From Gonapodya sp. JEL0774 (taxonomy: Eukaryota), in NCBI GenBank assembly GCA_027604505.1, contig JADIIX010000183.1:1-36220 (forward strand): 36,220 bases of DNA, written 5' to 3'. Below, in pieces: positions 10,867 through 22,440 of the stretch; positions within the stretch are counted from its first letter, which is position 1, and the number at the start of each line of letters is the position of its first letter. A model generated the notes under the pieces. It saw only the letters and a list, made by a program, of their open reading frames with translations, searched no databases and was not told the DNA's origin. A program made the position numbers and the translations under genes.

Positions 10867-11987
10867 ATGGCGGAACTATATGCTCACCTTTGGGTGTACT
10901 GCCAAAAGAGACCGGAGCTCTTTGCATCGTTGGACGCGTTGACAAACCTTCTTGAACGGGAGTTGTCAGTTGTTGAGGGTCCCAATTCCGTAATGTGTGT
11001 TAACACAGAAACTCAGTGGTGCAAGCAAAGACAGGGCGCCTCACTCTGATCACGTGCTTAAGGCTTATGTTCCAGTTGGTGAAACTTATCATTGGTCTGT
11101 GCTCACGGGCCACGAAGGCCATCCAAGCGACTGCGAGAAGGTCCAGGATCTGTGGAACAAACCCGTGTTCGCACACCTTCACGTTCCCCGACCACATGTC
11201 ACCTCGATCAGGATCATGAGGACAGGAAACTGTAAGGAATTCTTGCAAAAACTGGATGAGGGTTGGAAGGACCATTGGGGCCCCATGCCTAAGACCAACG
11301 ACGAGTACCTCCATGCGTATTGCTTTGGTGAATCACTCTAATATTTTACTGCTCAGACTTAAGTACTTTGCTATGACACTCTCAGAGAATTACCAAGCTT
11401 TCCATCTCTTACCTTTCCTCTTGCTGATTAAGAAAACGGCGTTGGAGATTTGGGATGCTGTCAGCGGCATTCAAGATGAAGACAGCTCTGAACTCATGGT
11501 AAGTGCTAATTTGAGATTTGTCTGCTCATGTACGTGATTAATCTTGACATTTTTTGTCCGTCGCCACCAAAAGGAGTTGCATCTTGCCGAGGTTGAACGG
11601 ATCGAGGAAAGGGTGAGAGTGCTGCTCCACAAAAGCCATCCCTTCACCATCGCAAGAGGTATTAATTTGGTAGAAACTCCTCAGATCATTCAATTGGCTG
11701 AGTTCCTCTTGCACGCCGACATCGACGTCATCCACCAGGTTGGCAGCGTCAAGTCACCTTGGAGTATCCCCCTGTTTGCCGTAGAATCAGGCAATTCACG
11801 GAGGCAAGGGAGAAAATTGCTGATGAGACTGATCTGCCCAACACCCCCTTGTCAGACGTTGCCGCCGCGGTGGGTCCTGTCGATAATGTGGAGGTGGGAG
11901 CTCGGCCAAAAGTCGTCAAGAGGTGGAAAGCGGTTTGGTGGTGGATCAAGCAGCGACTCCAAGATCATCCTCGAAGATGATGTGTGA
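10867..11987 (+). CDS. Uncharacterised multi-exon gene, possibly frameshifted
   Basis: Consecutive protein-like + strand ORF segments (10867, 10997, about 11440, 11544, 11759) with GTGAAT/GTAAGT donors between some of them. No family recognised. Confidence 0.4.
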
Positions 11988-12476
11988 TACAATAATCGAG
12001 TTCGGAACATGGAATCATGTGCTCCACAGCAATGAGCTGTTCCAAGAGTTCCCAGGTGCGCGGTAAGAAGTAATGACTTGACAAAGCCCCAAAGCCGAAT
12101 GATTGGGGCCAACAAGTGGGAGGGGCTTTGACAGCTGGGTACGAGCGATGGCAAGTCGAGTCATGCATGTACAAGAGCGGAAAGTATCAGCGATAAGAAT
12201 CAACCATGGCAGGCAAAACTTATGTCGGTTCAGCAGACACATCATCACATATCCGATACATTTACTCGTCCACGGTACAATATATGGAGGAACAGGTCTG
12301 GCAGTTTCCTTTGTGACCGGAACTAATTTCATGCAAAATCGGCACTCCCATCAGGAAACCATCACTGGGCTCCGGCCCACTCCAACCCCCCTCCGTCAAC
12401 TCAGGAGTGCCCACGCCTCCACAGAGTGCCAGGATACTCCAAAAGCACTCCGCACCACTCCGGCTACACTCTCTAT

Positions 12477-13543
12477 TCATGCTATGACGAATATTCGAAA
12501 TATTCGTATTCGATTCGATATTCGACGAATAAAATGCGATTACGAATACTGATTTAAGCATTCGAGAGGCCGAATACGAATACGAATGCGAATACAATTA
12601 TTGAATGTATTCGTGTTCGAGAATATATTCATATTAACTATCAGCACCCACTAACCACCAATGCCGCAATGCGGCACCAGCAGGCAACAACAGAAGGAGG
12701 CGCAATACTATGGAGAGTCTGAGTACGAAATATGAAGAAACACAGAGAAATCCCCGTGGAGCAAATGAAGATTTAATGAACAAAAACGAACCACACGATG
12801 GACTGAGCGCGATTCTTGCGAGCAAAAACCGACTCAAAGGTAGTTATGTGACAAGTGCTTCCTCAAAGTTTCAGGGCAATACGACTGTTCTTTGACGAGG
12901 AAATGAAGATTTTGTCGGCGGAAATGTGTGCTGTGGTGAGGCCACAACGACAGTCTGCCATACTCAACCATCCAACTGGTCCAAGCTCCGCACTCCCAAT
13001 CGGCAATCCAGCAATTTATTCAGTATTCTCCATGAGTGAGGTGTCTCCCATTGAAGGAGGGCAAACTTCAAGACTGTAATACCGCGAGACAGTCAATGAA
13101 TGGAGGCAAAACACCACCATCCAACTGTATTTGATCGGCTGGACACACTACAGAACAGTAGAACACACATCAAGCGGCCAAACAAGAGATGGTGGCAAGT
13201 ACAACTGCTAGTTTGAGCTGTGGAATGCTGCTGGTGGATCTCAGTGGAGTGGGGCAGTCACAGCGTCGTGGAATGAGTATTCCTGCCCAAAGAAGAGGAG
13301 TGTGGAGGAAGCAGAGTGGGAACACAACTCACATAATGAAGTTGAGGAAGTGGAAAGTGATGAGGAGTAGCGTAGCCAAGTTTTTGCTAAGTATTCGAAT
13401 TACTCGTGATTATTCGTGATTAATCGTACAAGTTGATTACTATTCGATATTCGATTCGAGCTTCAAAAGCTTGTTCGCTTTGTTCGAAATGGCGATTAAG
13501 ATTACATTGATATTCAGTTTGCATTCGATTCGTCAGGGCGTGA
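12477..13543 (+). mobile_element. Non-autonomous TIR DNA transposon (hAT-like by 8-bp TSD), 1,067 bp
   Basis: Imperfect 15-bp TIRs TCATGCTATGACGAA (12477) and TTCGTCAGGGCGTGA (ends 13543). Perfect 8-bp target duplication CTCTCTAT at 12469-12476 and 13544-13551. ATTCGA/CGAATA motif clusters lie inside both ends. The interior holds only short, broken ORFs. Confidence 0.88.
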
Positions 13544-14594
13544 CTCTCTATGCCTCGCTATGTTAAAAAAGGGTTCATTTCTGACTTCGTTGGAAACCCT
13601 CCGAACATTTGCCAGCACATCTTCCAACAGCTCTCTGGAACGCTGAAACCACACACGGGTACAGCAATTGAAACATGAGGTCTATATCTCATCATGACTT
13701 CATGTCGATCTTCGCCAGCTCAGTCTTGTTGGAACCACCTTCCGCTTGCCTCCCCATCCATCGGCAATCACCCCGCTAACATCCCTCCCTACCAAGTACC
13801 GTGAGCGGACCCAGAGAACCATCGAAACCTGCAACATTGGATTCTAGGGAGGGCCAGTTGGTTTATCCGTGACTCCATTCGCGGAGAACAACATCGATCG
13901 AAGCGATGTCTCGGTGACAGCTGTACCGGGATAGCTTTCATGGTACGTTTCGAGAGAGTTCTAGAATTCTGGGAACAATTGATTTCTCAAATTTGATGCT
14001 TGGTGAAGAGGACCGCTATTCGGCAGGACTCTTCCTTCTAATCCATCGAATCTGTCCATCAAATCCGCCACCAGCAACACAATCGCAAGCAGCATCCCGC
14101 CAAACTTTTCTTTGACTATCGCAATCACTGCAATGGGAAAGAGGACGTAAGTGAAATTCTATCTTTACTAGCTGCCGTTTGGTTCGGCGAAATGCAATAA
14201 GCGGGTGATACAGTAGTTCCAGGGTTGGCAGATACAAGCAGATAGAACTTCCAGGATTACGCTCAACTTGTCCGGGACTTGAACTTGGTAGGTTGGTTTA
14301 TGTCTTGACAGAAGTGGGCCCCACATTATTCTCACTTATACATATCTAGGAACCTAACCGCTCCACAAATCCTGTGACGTGAGTCGTGAACAAACACCCA
14401 TGCAATCAATTTCGGGACTCTCTCATTGGATATCATCAACAATAGGTAAGTCAGTCGGAACCATCCAGGTATTGGGCATGATTTACGGAAACAGGTTCGA
14501 GAAGCGTGAGCTAGGATATTCTGTAGCTACTTGATTTTCATGTTCATTGTGTACAGTAATATAAAATATTCTCAATCATTAAATAGAAACGTTT

Positions 14595-14800
14595 CTGAGT
14601 AGCCGGAGGCGATTGGAGTCATTCAGAGTTGCAATGGAGGCAAAACCAACCTCTCCGGAGTTGCAATGGAGGCAAACAGTCAACTCCGGAGTCCGGATAC
14701 TCCGTAGCCTCCGTCTACTTCCGGTCCTCCGGAGTTGTGGGGAGTTGTTTGGAGTTGATTAGGAGTGGGCCGGAGACCAGCCACGGTTTCCCGATGCCTG
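14595..14800. repeat. CCGGAG/GGAGTTG motif cluster, probable subterminal remnant of another DNA transposon
   Basis: Many CTCCGG/CCGGAG/GGAGTT motifs in both orientations and a duplicated GAGTTGCAATGGAGGCAAA. The cluster ends in CCCGATGCCTG (reverse complement CAGGCATCGGG, a hAT-like CAG terminus). No TSD was confirmed. Confidence 0.5.
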
Positions 14801-14992
14801 CCTTTGGGAATTGCCCTTCTGGCAAACACCGCCCGTCCTGTCACAGTATCCACCTCAACAAATGCCGCCTGTGTCAATTTGAATGTTACATGAGCGGTTC
14901 CTCGTCAATTATCATTATCATTATCATGACTCAAAACTCATGCAAGAGCCAATAGTTTTCGTCCCATTCACAATTTTTGCAATCTCTCAACC

Positions 14993-15546
14993 TCACTCCA
15001 AAGTGGAGGCGACCCTTATGGTTCTGAACCTCGCTACCATGGCAGTTACTTCAGCGGAGAAGTCTGCTCGATCTTCCACACGCGCAGCAGACTTCGCATC
15101 ACCGGGGCTTTGTGGCATGTCCCAGACTCTGGTACGATAGAGGTAGTCAGTGCCTTGGGGCTTCAGTACATTATTCGGGATTGGCAGGTTCCTAGGCGTG
15201 AAAAATGAAGAATGGCACATAAGTACTGTTAAAAGAAAGAGACAGTGACACTTGAGGCGACTCATGCCACAACCCAGACAGAGCACACAATCCCCACGGA
15301 CATGAGAATCGCACTGGCAAGAAAAAGAGTGAGACAGCAACTTTTCGGGCTGGTGTCCCTCCAAAGAGCAAGGCCGAGACTTGATTGTTCATCCAGTTTG
15401 GGAACATACTCAGTTTGGCCAAACAGGCCGCCGGGCTCCACAGTTTTGACACCTGCCATGGTGGCAATAAGGCCCCAATAAGAAGCGAATAGAAGTACTG
15501 AAGGTTGAGCCGAGTCTAACGGGAGGAAAAAGTCCTCTGGAGGCAA
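14993..15546 (-). CDS. Small uncharacterised membrane-protein gene or gene fragment
   Basis: Two minus-strand ORF segments with hydrophobic stretches (SVLLFASYWGLIAT; CLTLFLASAILMSVGIVCSVWVVA), probably separated by an intron. Confidence 0.35.
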
Positions 15547-16680
15547 AGTCGCGAGGTTAGCAAGCGTACTCGTGTGTGTGTCCTGTCACCTTTGGACTCC
15601 TCACTGACCAGAGTGATATCATATGAGCATATACAGTAGCGAATAGTAACGAAATAAACGTCCTTGCTTGCCCTTCTCACCTGACCAGAGTGTCGACAAT
15701 CGTGGGGACCCTGGTCAGGTGCTGCGTCAAATGCCCCTAGTGGGTAAACTGCTTCTACCACTTGGACCTAGCACTCCTCATGGTACCCCTACGAGGTAAC
15801 ATGTCCATTGCATGGTATCGAATGTAGATGCCAGTACGCTCGAGGGCCGAGTTCTGGATCTCAACAAGTTGTTGAGCCTAACCAAGAGTAAACGGGGAGT
15901 CGGTTACCCCAGACAGCATGTCGAGGATTTCGCGGTGCGTGGTTATCCACGCGTGAAACCTGGAGAAATAGAAAAAAATGTTGTCAGAGTGGCTTCGAGG
16001 TTATCAAAAGAAACCAGCTGGACGGTTTGCAAACAAACAAATTCCAAAGATCCTCGGCGGTAGCCCCAAAAAACTCCTCGACGCAAAACCTCTGATACAA
16101 GAAATGGAAAGGAAGAACCTTGTCACCATTCGCTCCCGAGGCGCAGCCGCTCAGTTCTCGCGTGCGTTGTTCCGCCACGTTGCGGTTGAATTCTTGTGCG
16201 CAGGTGGTGAGGGCTTCTATCTCCCAAACATGTATTAAAGATAGGTTGAAACTGGTATCGATACTGGCACTCGTCGCGATCACCGTGCTGTTCAGGTACG
16301 AGAGGATGCGGAGGAGACAAACAGAAGAGGGCGATGGTTGTTGCGAGAGAAAACTGAGTTCACTGTCGAAGGATTCGACGTGCAATGAAGTAATATGTGC
16401 GGTGAAGGCAACTTTGATACGAATATGAACTGTTTGAGGGAAGCTGTCACTTTGCGCAGTGAAGCGGCAGTTCGTGCATCTCAAGACAAAGACAAGAACA
16501 CCTCAAAAGTAATTTCAGGACCAGAGAAACGATAGAGCTGGAGATTATGGTTGATTTTGAGAAGTTTTGGGCAGGAATCAAAAGTGAGATGAATACTGGA
16601 GATGAACGGGGAGTGGGGAAATCCGGTTGGACCTGTGGAGCAAACTGCAATGACAATTCAGAGCTCCATGAAACCTGTCA

Positions 16681-17055
16681 TCATAATTTTCCAATTTCCA
16701 GTCGAGCTTCAGAATCCACGCTTTCCCAGAGAAAATATTCGAGTGTGTGCTCCAACTCTGCTGTTTTCATTCTGAATCGGAAATGGAGTTGTTTGGTTCG
16801 AGTGAGTTGTTCGTTTGGTGAAACGTCATCCATAACAACACATCTGATCAAACACGAAGTCACCAGTTTCATTGTTTCGGGTACACTTCTGGTGTCTGAG
16901 CCACATGGATCACTTCCCAGGTTCAAGCGAGCGACTGAGAGGATGCAAATAGCAACTCTTACAGGTCAAATGGTCAACATTGTGGGAAATGCTCCTCAAA
17001 AAACACCATCGAGAGCGGTCCTTCTGATAAGAAGCGCAGTTATTGAGCGGATTGC
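16681..17055 (-). CDS. Uncharacterised gene fragment
   Basis: Protein-like minus-strand segments with a CAG acceptor near 17055 and GTAAG donor-like sites. No family recognised. Confidence 0.25.
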
Positions 17056-17904
17056 CTGAGAATCCCCTGATGCTCTCAGCATACTGACTCACACTCTCAT
17101 GTCACAGGCTTATTAGTCGAGGTTTCAAACAGTTCGCATGGATGGTCTTTGGGCGAAGGATGTCAGTTCTTACAGGGGAGAGCCAGACAAACAGCCACAG
17201 AATGAAAATGGGCTCCCTTGAAATTACTCTGTTCCTATTCAAGCGTCGAGGGCCTCCGCACTCCATGCCTGGAGTGGCAGCTGAAGTCTGACTTTGCACG
17301 ATGGTAGTCTCCCGAAAGCGAGAGTAAACCAGTGGATCAACCCTCTCTCTTGGAATTCTTACCGCAATATGTCATCCAAGAGCACCACACCACCATTTTT
17401 GCCCGAAAACAGTCTCCAGGTTCACTTCTCCCTTCGCTGAGGACAGCCCCTTGAGTGCCTCACACTGTACACCCAAGAAAACGGTTTGGTTTCTCTCCGT
17501 GGCACACCTTCCGTCTCATTTATTCATGCGACCAAATTCATCTCACGTGTGGAACATACGAATCAGGCGAGTAGCCGTCCGCATGCATTCAGGTGGATCC
17601 CAACTTCTCCTCTTGTTTCCTTACACAGGAGGAAACCCCAAGGGATGACATTATCCGACTCTTTCGCCATTTTTGAATGACAAGGATTGATCTTGCGTCA
17701 TCGTGTGAATGCATTCAAGCAAGAAGATGGCGACATCTTGTAGCGTGTCGGGGGGAGTATGTAAGATGATGCCGACATCAAATCTACTATGAGCTTTGTG
17801 GAGAGCAAGAATTCAACTCGAGCTCGTTGAACTTTATCATCGGTGATGAGTGGGAAGAGAAAAGTACAGGAGTGGCAGTCCTTTGATTGTCAGAAGCAAG
17901 CGGA

Positions 17905-19245
17905 ATGAAGGTCTCTTGCTTGTACTGCTTCGCTGTCCCCGAACTGCAATGTGATCGATCTGTTTTTTTCCTACATACACACATACATACATACATACAG
18001 CCGTTCAAGGGACAAGACGTTACGAGCTGCTGTCATGGATGCAGAGGTCAAAAGAGACTTGCACGCGCTGGGTTGCAGTGTACAAAGTGTGGCAAGGTGT
18101 ATTGCGTAGCCTGTCTTTGGAACAAGCAAGGAATAAGAGTGTCCAAAATTGTTGGAGCGAGCAATGCGGAGTGGTTATGCTTTCATTGCAGAGAAACAGG
18201 TGAGTGACCTTCATTTGACTAATGATTGATTTTGGATTCCATCCAACCCACCGTTTATTGTTCTGTTCTAGATCATCTATGTCGAGGTCTAAGCTGTCAT
18301 CCAGACAACGATGTGAACCTTGTGAGATCTCGAATAGGTTCATTTTTGGCAGTGAAGTGGAACCCGAATTTTGATTCTGATTTGTGTAAACCTGGTGGGA
18401 CAATGAGTATGGTATAGTCGTATTCTCCAACACGCAGCCGACTTTTTAACTCCAGGTTTTAATGATGCCCCGCCAATAAGAAGAAAACGGCGAGCAAAGG
18501 TTAGTATTTTGGTCATTAGAGGGAGACAGTTTGTATTTTCCTCATTGTGCGATTTCTTTCAAGGACAAAGACGAGGAAAAATTCGATGAAGGTGTAAGTA
18601 AGAAGGCAAAACAGACTCAACCTGAACCTCAATCGTTCATGGAGGACGATTATGTAATTAATGTTGATGAAGATTTCGATTTCAGTGTAAGTCGGATCAC
18701 AAGTTTTGTTTTGACTGTCTTTTCCTACCGAACGAATTTTTTCACGCCAGGAATATATGAAGCGACCTCCCAAGTCATCGAAGAGACGAAAGGTTAGGGA
18801 GAGAGTTGAGCGGTCACAATCCACGGATGCGACGACAGACGGAGTGATATTCACTGATCCGGAAATTCATACTTCTACACCGATACTGTCCATGGACTGC
18901 AACCTTTTACATGAAGTTAGAGTTTTGGTTCGAAGTGGGATGCCTGGACTAGCGAGAAAACTCATTGAGAGAGCCACAACACGCTGCAAGACCGACTTCA
19001 TCTGTCCTCTGAGGATCGCTGAGCTTTCCAAGACCGTCCCGCGCCACGGGCCTTCTTCCGTGTCTTTGTACGACCGCAGAGGTCGGAACCCAATGCCACG
19101 TATCCCGTCCAACTATCGGTGGCGCAAGCCCGGCTACAACACAACCACTTTCCTTATTCTCAGACATATCCCTTTCTGGGTCAGAATTTTACATTGTTAC
19201 AGTTTTTATAGCACTACAAAAGATAATTCAGTTGGTCCAAATTGA
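17905..19245 (+). CDS. Divergent zf-4CXXC_R1 (CDCA7/JPO1-type) zinc-finger protein, multi-exon
   Basis: Exon 18001-18199 reads CHGCRGQK...CTKC...YCVACLWNKQG...WLCFHCRE and is spliced (GTGAGT...TAG) to DHLCRGLSC at 18272. Further short exons carry acidic/basic segments (KRPPKSSKRRK). Both the 5' and 3' ends are uncertain. Confidence 0.65.
17972..18000 (+). repeat. (ACAT)n microsatellite at an intron 3' end
   Basis: TACATACACACATACATACATACATACAG read directly. Confidence 0.8.
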
Positions 19246-19332
19246 TATGACATCCGACTTACAGGCCTGATTTGCCATGCTTAGTCATGGTCCAATCCTG
19301 CCCAAAGTTCCATTCCAAAACACTCCATGAAC

Positions 19333-20346
19333 TCAACATTGTCTAGACTTTATATCACCCTGGAAGGGGGAGCAAAAGGTGCCTGACATTGTGACATTCT
19401 CACCCAGTGCCAATGGTAAATCTGGTCTCTCTTGAGTCTGTGATGTGATTGTCCTGTAACCATTGTAGGATGTGGAGACTAGGTGAATTGCCGCTGTTGC
19501 AGATTCTAACCTTGATGGAGGTGGACCTCCAACAGACAATACCGGAGAACTCAAGTGGATGAAAACCCTGTACAAAATATGACAAGCAGTCAGGTGCAAG
19601 ACAAGATCTCTGATGTTGATAGTCGCTCACTGACAGAGGCACTGCGCCAGTTTGATCTGTGTCGTTGTTGTAGATAATGGCCCATCCATCTCAGAAGATG
19701 ACACGCAAGGAGACAAGATCGCCACGCCGGAGAAGAATTTCATCAAGAGCGTTTGGTGAATACTACAAACGAACTCGTTGATTCTCATGGCAGAATTTCA
19801 AATTATGAAACACCAAAGCATTTGATTGGTGCTCACCGACAGGACTACCAAAAAGGCCCCATTCTCCCTACAAACAATGCTTTGTTCATTTTCCAAGCCC
19901 ATCTTGACTGCATAGCGATAAAAAAACCACTAATTGACAATGAATTGGAATCCCACGCAAGCGGCTTTCGCGTCGCACGTTAGGATACAGTTGTCCACGT
20001 GGGTGTAGAGGACCTCCAAAAGGGTCGCGTCCGAGAACTGTTGATTCTCAACTACCTTGTAGCTTGTAGGACTCGCAATTTTATAGTACGAATCGCTGTT
20101 CGTGGTGTTGTACACTCCGGTCAGAACGTATTTGAGCCAGCAACCGTTATACTGAGAGATGTAGACGAATCCAAGGCAAGTTGGAATCCTGTCACACTCG
20201 GTGATACAGCCATTAACGTCCAAGTAGACTATGCCAATATCGTAACCAGGTGAGAAATTTTCGAACGGATGACGGGAGTAGTTTGAAGCATCAGCCACAA
20301 GGGCGACCACTGCGACGGTGAGGGCCGCGAGCGGCAACCACCGCAT
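19333..20346 (-). pseudogene. Signal peptide + two PAN/Apple domains + (deleted TM) + SH3 domain; receptor-like pseudogene
   Basis: Signal peptide MRWLPLAALTVAVVALVADA. PAN motifs CITECDRIPTCLGFVY...CWLK and CILTCDAKAACVGFQF. After a TAG at 19930 the same frame gives WFFYRY...FLVVLS, spliced to the SH3 exon 19762-19635 YSPNALDEILLRRGDLVSLRVIF*DGWAIIYNNDTDQTGAVPL (TGA at 19691-19693). The last exon runs to 19333. Confidence 0.75.
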
Positions 20347-20471
20347 CAGAGCAACCAAGTTGGAGAAGTATCCAGGAAGCGTCGAAAATCTAATTTAATT
20401 TCTCAAGACACGGGGTATATGAGTCCCTTTTGGTTATTTGGTATTCCTCCACCCTGAGTGGCTTGGATTCC

Positions 20472-20519
20472 CTTGGCATCGCCCTTTCAGATCAACTCCC
20501 TTGTCCCTCCGGACACGCT
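20472..20519 (+). repeat. 48-bp direct repeat, copy 1 (copy 2 at 22963-23010)
   Basis: CTTGGCATCGCCCTTTCAGATCAACTCCC(T/C)TGTCCCTCCGGACACGCT; one mismatch between the copies. Confidence 0.9.
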
Positions 20520-20886
20520 TAGGCAGACAATTAGACGGAGAACTCTATCGCTGGGGCTCTGGATAAGTGCGGATCTGGAGGGTTTACACGGCCCCCAATC
20601 CTCTCTTTTGGTACGACCCTCGTTTTCATGCGCTTCTCCCTCCCGTCCAGCTCGAGTACTTTCTGCATTTGAAAGTTAGACACAAAGGCGACAAGCATTA
20701 TCTGCATGTCCGCTCTTTAAGGTGGTCGCGGCCGCAGAGAGCAAGGCTGTCTGCAAAACGATGGTCCAATAGGAGTTTACAGCCCAGCCTGGCAAAGTTA
20801 TCAGAAGCACTTCATATTTTTCACACAGCGGGGAATCGCAAGAGAATTACTGCAACGAATTGTGGGATAACTATCAATGGAAAAGT

Positions 20887-21799
20887 TCAACCAGCCTTCG
20901 AGTATTTCTGAAGGTACTCTGTCAGGCGACACGAAAGAAAATGTCGTTATAAACGTGATGCATGCTTTTGCATGAACGGTCTAATCAACGAACCTTGGCG
21001 AGATGGGGTGGACTCAGAGGTCGGGTCTGTCCTATCGAAGCGTTTCCTGTGAGTAATTGAATTAGCAGCATAGAGAGATTAGCACCAATGCAGTACGCCA
21101 GTTATCTGCGAGTTCGCGCGCAACATACCATGCCTTCTGTGTGGGCCACCATCGCAGCTCCTCCGCAAACTCCCCTTCGTCGACAGTGAACCGGTGCCAC
21201 AGCCCCTCGGGGACCGAAATGAGCTCTCCCGGGCCCCACGTGACTCTGATCCACTTGTCGCTCGCGTCACGAACGTCAAAAAACCCCGCGCCAGCCGTGT
21301 TGAACCGGATCTCGTCGGCGCTGTGGAAGTGCTCGCCGTAGCCATTTTGGAGCTTGGATTCGAACTTTTCACCGAGAGCGGCCCGAGACGTCACCTCCTA
21401 TATGGGTCGTTGCAGCGTTTAATGGTTGGCGCGACGGGGTGCAGATAGGAGTCAAAAGCCATCAGATATAGCAAAAAGAATCACCGCCTGCACACCTTGG
21501 TCCGCTTTTCATACCCTGCTCGATTTTGCTTCACCCATTGCTCAGCAGCATCGGCATGCGATCCGTCTTCGGCGATAGGGATGGATTTGAACTCCACACC
21601 CAGGGCCTCCACCACGGAGATCGGGACCTCCTTGTTCGGGTTGAACTGGTGGGCTGCATTCTGTAATGTAGACGTGGATGCGAAGGGAGGGATGTGACGA
21701 GCGATGAAGAATCGGCTCGAAGGCTCGAACTAGGAGATTCGCATGTCAACTTACTGGATGAATCCCGTCTGATTCGTTGAATTCCCAGGCAGAAACCAT
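20887..21799 (-). CDS. ADI1: Acireductone dioxygenase (ARD family, methionine salvage), 5 exons
   Basis: Exon 21799-21755 MVSAWEFNESDGIHP; exon 21660-21496; exon 21397-21129 with cupin ligands EHFHSADEIRF...GAGFFDVRD...WIRV...GELISVPEGLWHRFT; then WKRFDR...SRQ and EYLQKYSKAG*. All junctions are GT-AG and in frame. Confidence 0.92.
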
Positions 21800-22440
21800 G
21801 TTGGCTTGGAAAGGGATGATGGGCAGGCAGGAGGATGCCGTTAACGTGTCGGTAATTGTGCTGATTGTTCGACATTGACATACACGGATTATTGCGCAAT
21901 CGCGGTGGCAACGGGGGAAGTCGAGCTGATAGTCTTGTAATCCCTGGCCGTTTTTCTTCGCTGCTTTTCAGAGTAGATTATCTACATCATGAAAATTTTG
22001 AATGAATTTTTTTTGGCCTACGCGCGCGTCGAATCAGAGTTATGACGAAGGCCCAGTAAAGACGATCAAGAGGGCCGATCACCCAGATTCCATCAGCAGA
22101 GGATAGCCCACGCACGCGGGAACAACTTTTACCATTACATCGAGCGTGTTTACGATTCATATAATCTTCATCATGTGACGGCTGCCCCGTGGCACAAAGA
22201 CCATCACCACTTAAGTAGTTTTCAGGGGGGCACCTTCATTTTTCGCAGGCAGTCCCGTCATACCAGTAACTGCAATTTGTTTCTATTACAGTACTTATAG
22301 CGCTCCTAGAAAGCTTTAGCGAAATGATTCCAGGCTGAAATGCCACACTGAACTCATGTACCTCACTGCAACCACTAATAGTCTTTTGAAAACGTAGGCA
22401 ACATTGTCATGCCGCTACCACTAGTCCAACCAAACATGGA

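Noticed and set aside
12490..12632. ATTCGA/CGAATA repeats as a CRISPR-like array
   Set aside because: These are short degenerate motifs in both orientations with no repeat-spacer periodicity. They are explained as transposon subterminal repeats in eukaryotic DNA.
12700..13370. Transposase remnants inside the 1,067-bp element
   Set aside because: Only short broken ORFs. I could not identify a BED finger, DDE residues or a hAT dimerisation motif with confidence.
19691..19693. In-frame TGA in the SH3 exon (and TGA-TGT at about 23615) as possible selenocysteine
   Set aside because: Neither is at a redox Cys position, no SECIS-like element was seen, and both genes carry other disabling lesions. 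Nonsense mutation is the simpler explanation.
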